64,000 bases of DNA, from the IMG/VR virus record IMGVR_UViG_3300010163_001408. One strand, given 5' to 3'. Position 1 is the stretch's first letter. Every line of letters starts with the position of its first letter. The position numbers and the translations under genes were made by a program. The notes beneath the pieces were generated by a model. It saw nothing but the letters and a program-made list of their open reading frames with translations. It did not search any database and was not told the origin of the DNA. The DNA is from an uncultured virus (IMG/VR IMGVR_UViG_3300010163_001408). Taxonomy: Duplodnaviria > Heunggongvirae > Uroviricota > Caudoviricetes. Shown in pieces: positions 63,341 to 64,000 of the stretch.

Positions 63341-64000
63341 AGAACAAAATTGTAATCAAAACATTAGCATCAATAACAGCAGTAGCAAGTTGCATTGGCT
63401 TAACAGGTTGTGGTAATGCATCCTTTACAAGTAGGAATGTTGCATCGTATCCTTTGGTTAACGCACTAACTCAACAGGAACTCATGGATTATTATGCAGA
63501 ATCAATGAAATATGATTCAATTGTATCCAGAAATGTTACTGTACATGAAACAACATATGAAACTAAGGATATAGATGGAGAGAAGGCAGAGAAGTTAAAA
63601 TCTTTAGTGTCACAAGCAGAAGCTATATTAGCTACTAATGATTATGAGTATTCATTAGAAAATTCAGTAATTATGGATGAAGATACTTATAATTATATTA
63701 AAGCAAATATAGATAACATTTACGTAACAAATGGGTCAATTACCAATATAAAAGGTGCACTTGGATACTATTTTGTAGACGTAAATTACACAATTAATCC
63801 TAAGTCATCTGGTACATTCAACCAGATGACCCCACTCATTGGTTTAGATGGTGTATTCTGTACATCACCTAGTTCAGAATATACAATTGATATAGGTTAT
63901 ATGATAACTATAGCTAAAAAACTCAATGAGTATTATACAGCAAACAAGATAATGCAGGCTGCTACCTTTGATATTGAAACTGGTGAGTTTATGATAGTAG
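63337..64000 (+). CDS. Lipoprotein, truncated by the window end
   Basis: ATGA overlap; MKNKIVIKTLASITAVASCIGLTGC lipobox; frame stays open to the end. Confidence 0.8.
   Translation, partial: MKNKIVIKTLASITAVASCIGLTGCGNASFTSRNVASYPLVNALTQQELMDYYAESMKYDSIVSRNVTVHETTYETKDIDGEKAEKLKSLVSQAEAILATNDYEYSLENSVIMDEDTYNYIKANIDNIYVTNGSITNIKGALGYYFVDVNYTINPKSSGTFNQMTPLIGLDGVFCTSPSSEYTIDIGYMITIAKKLNEYYTANKIMQAATFDIETGEFMIV

Overview
This is an AT-rich, gene-dense window in which essentially every credible gene lies on the + strand. It has Firmicutes-type ribosome-binding sites (AGGAG/GGAGG) and sigma-A-type promoters. There are no rRNA, tRNA, CRISPR, capsid, terminase, integrase or transposase signatures. 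The content fits part of a very large extrachromosomal element (megaplasmid, giant conjugative element or jumbo-phage-like replicon) of a Clostridia-like host rather than an ordinary chromosome; this is inference. The left half carries nucleotide-metabolism and anti-restriction cargo (dCMP deaminase, purA, Lar-like, ArdC-like) and a separated MoxR-like AAA / metallopeptidase-VWA pair. It also carries a tandem array of nine divergent beta-rich paralogues (one pseudogenised) and an exonuclease-less family A DNA polymerase with an Ig-like insertion in its fingers. The middle has envelope proteins, a strongly expressed orphan gene, CapA and two clamp-loader paralogues. The right 24 kb is a co-oriented membrane/ATPase cluster: three paralogous pilin-like proteins, an HU-like protein, very large membrane proteins, a degenerate ParA/TadZ-like protein, a VirB4-like ATPase and an FtsK/TcpA-like ATPase. 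It looks like a divergent Gram-positive conjugation or secretion machine, and many of its components carry long FG-rich, GM-rich or acidic low-complexity tails. All family assignments come from motif recognition by eye; no searches were run.
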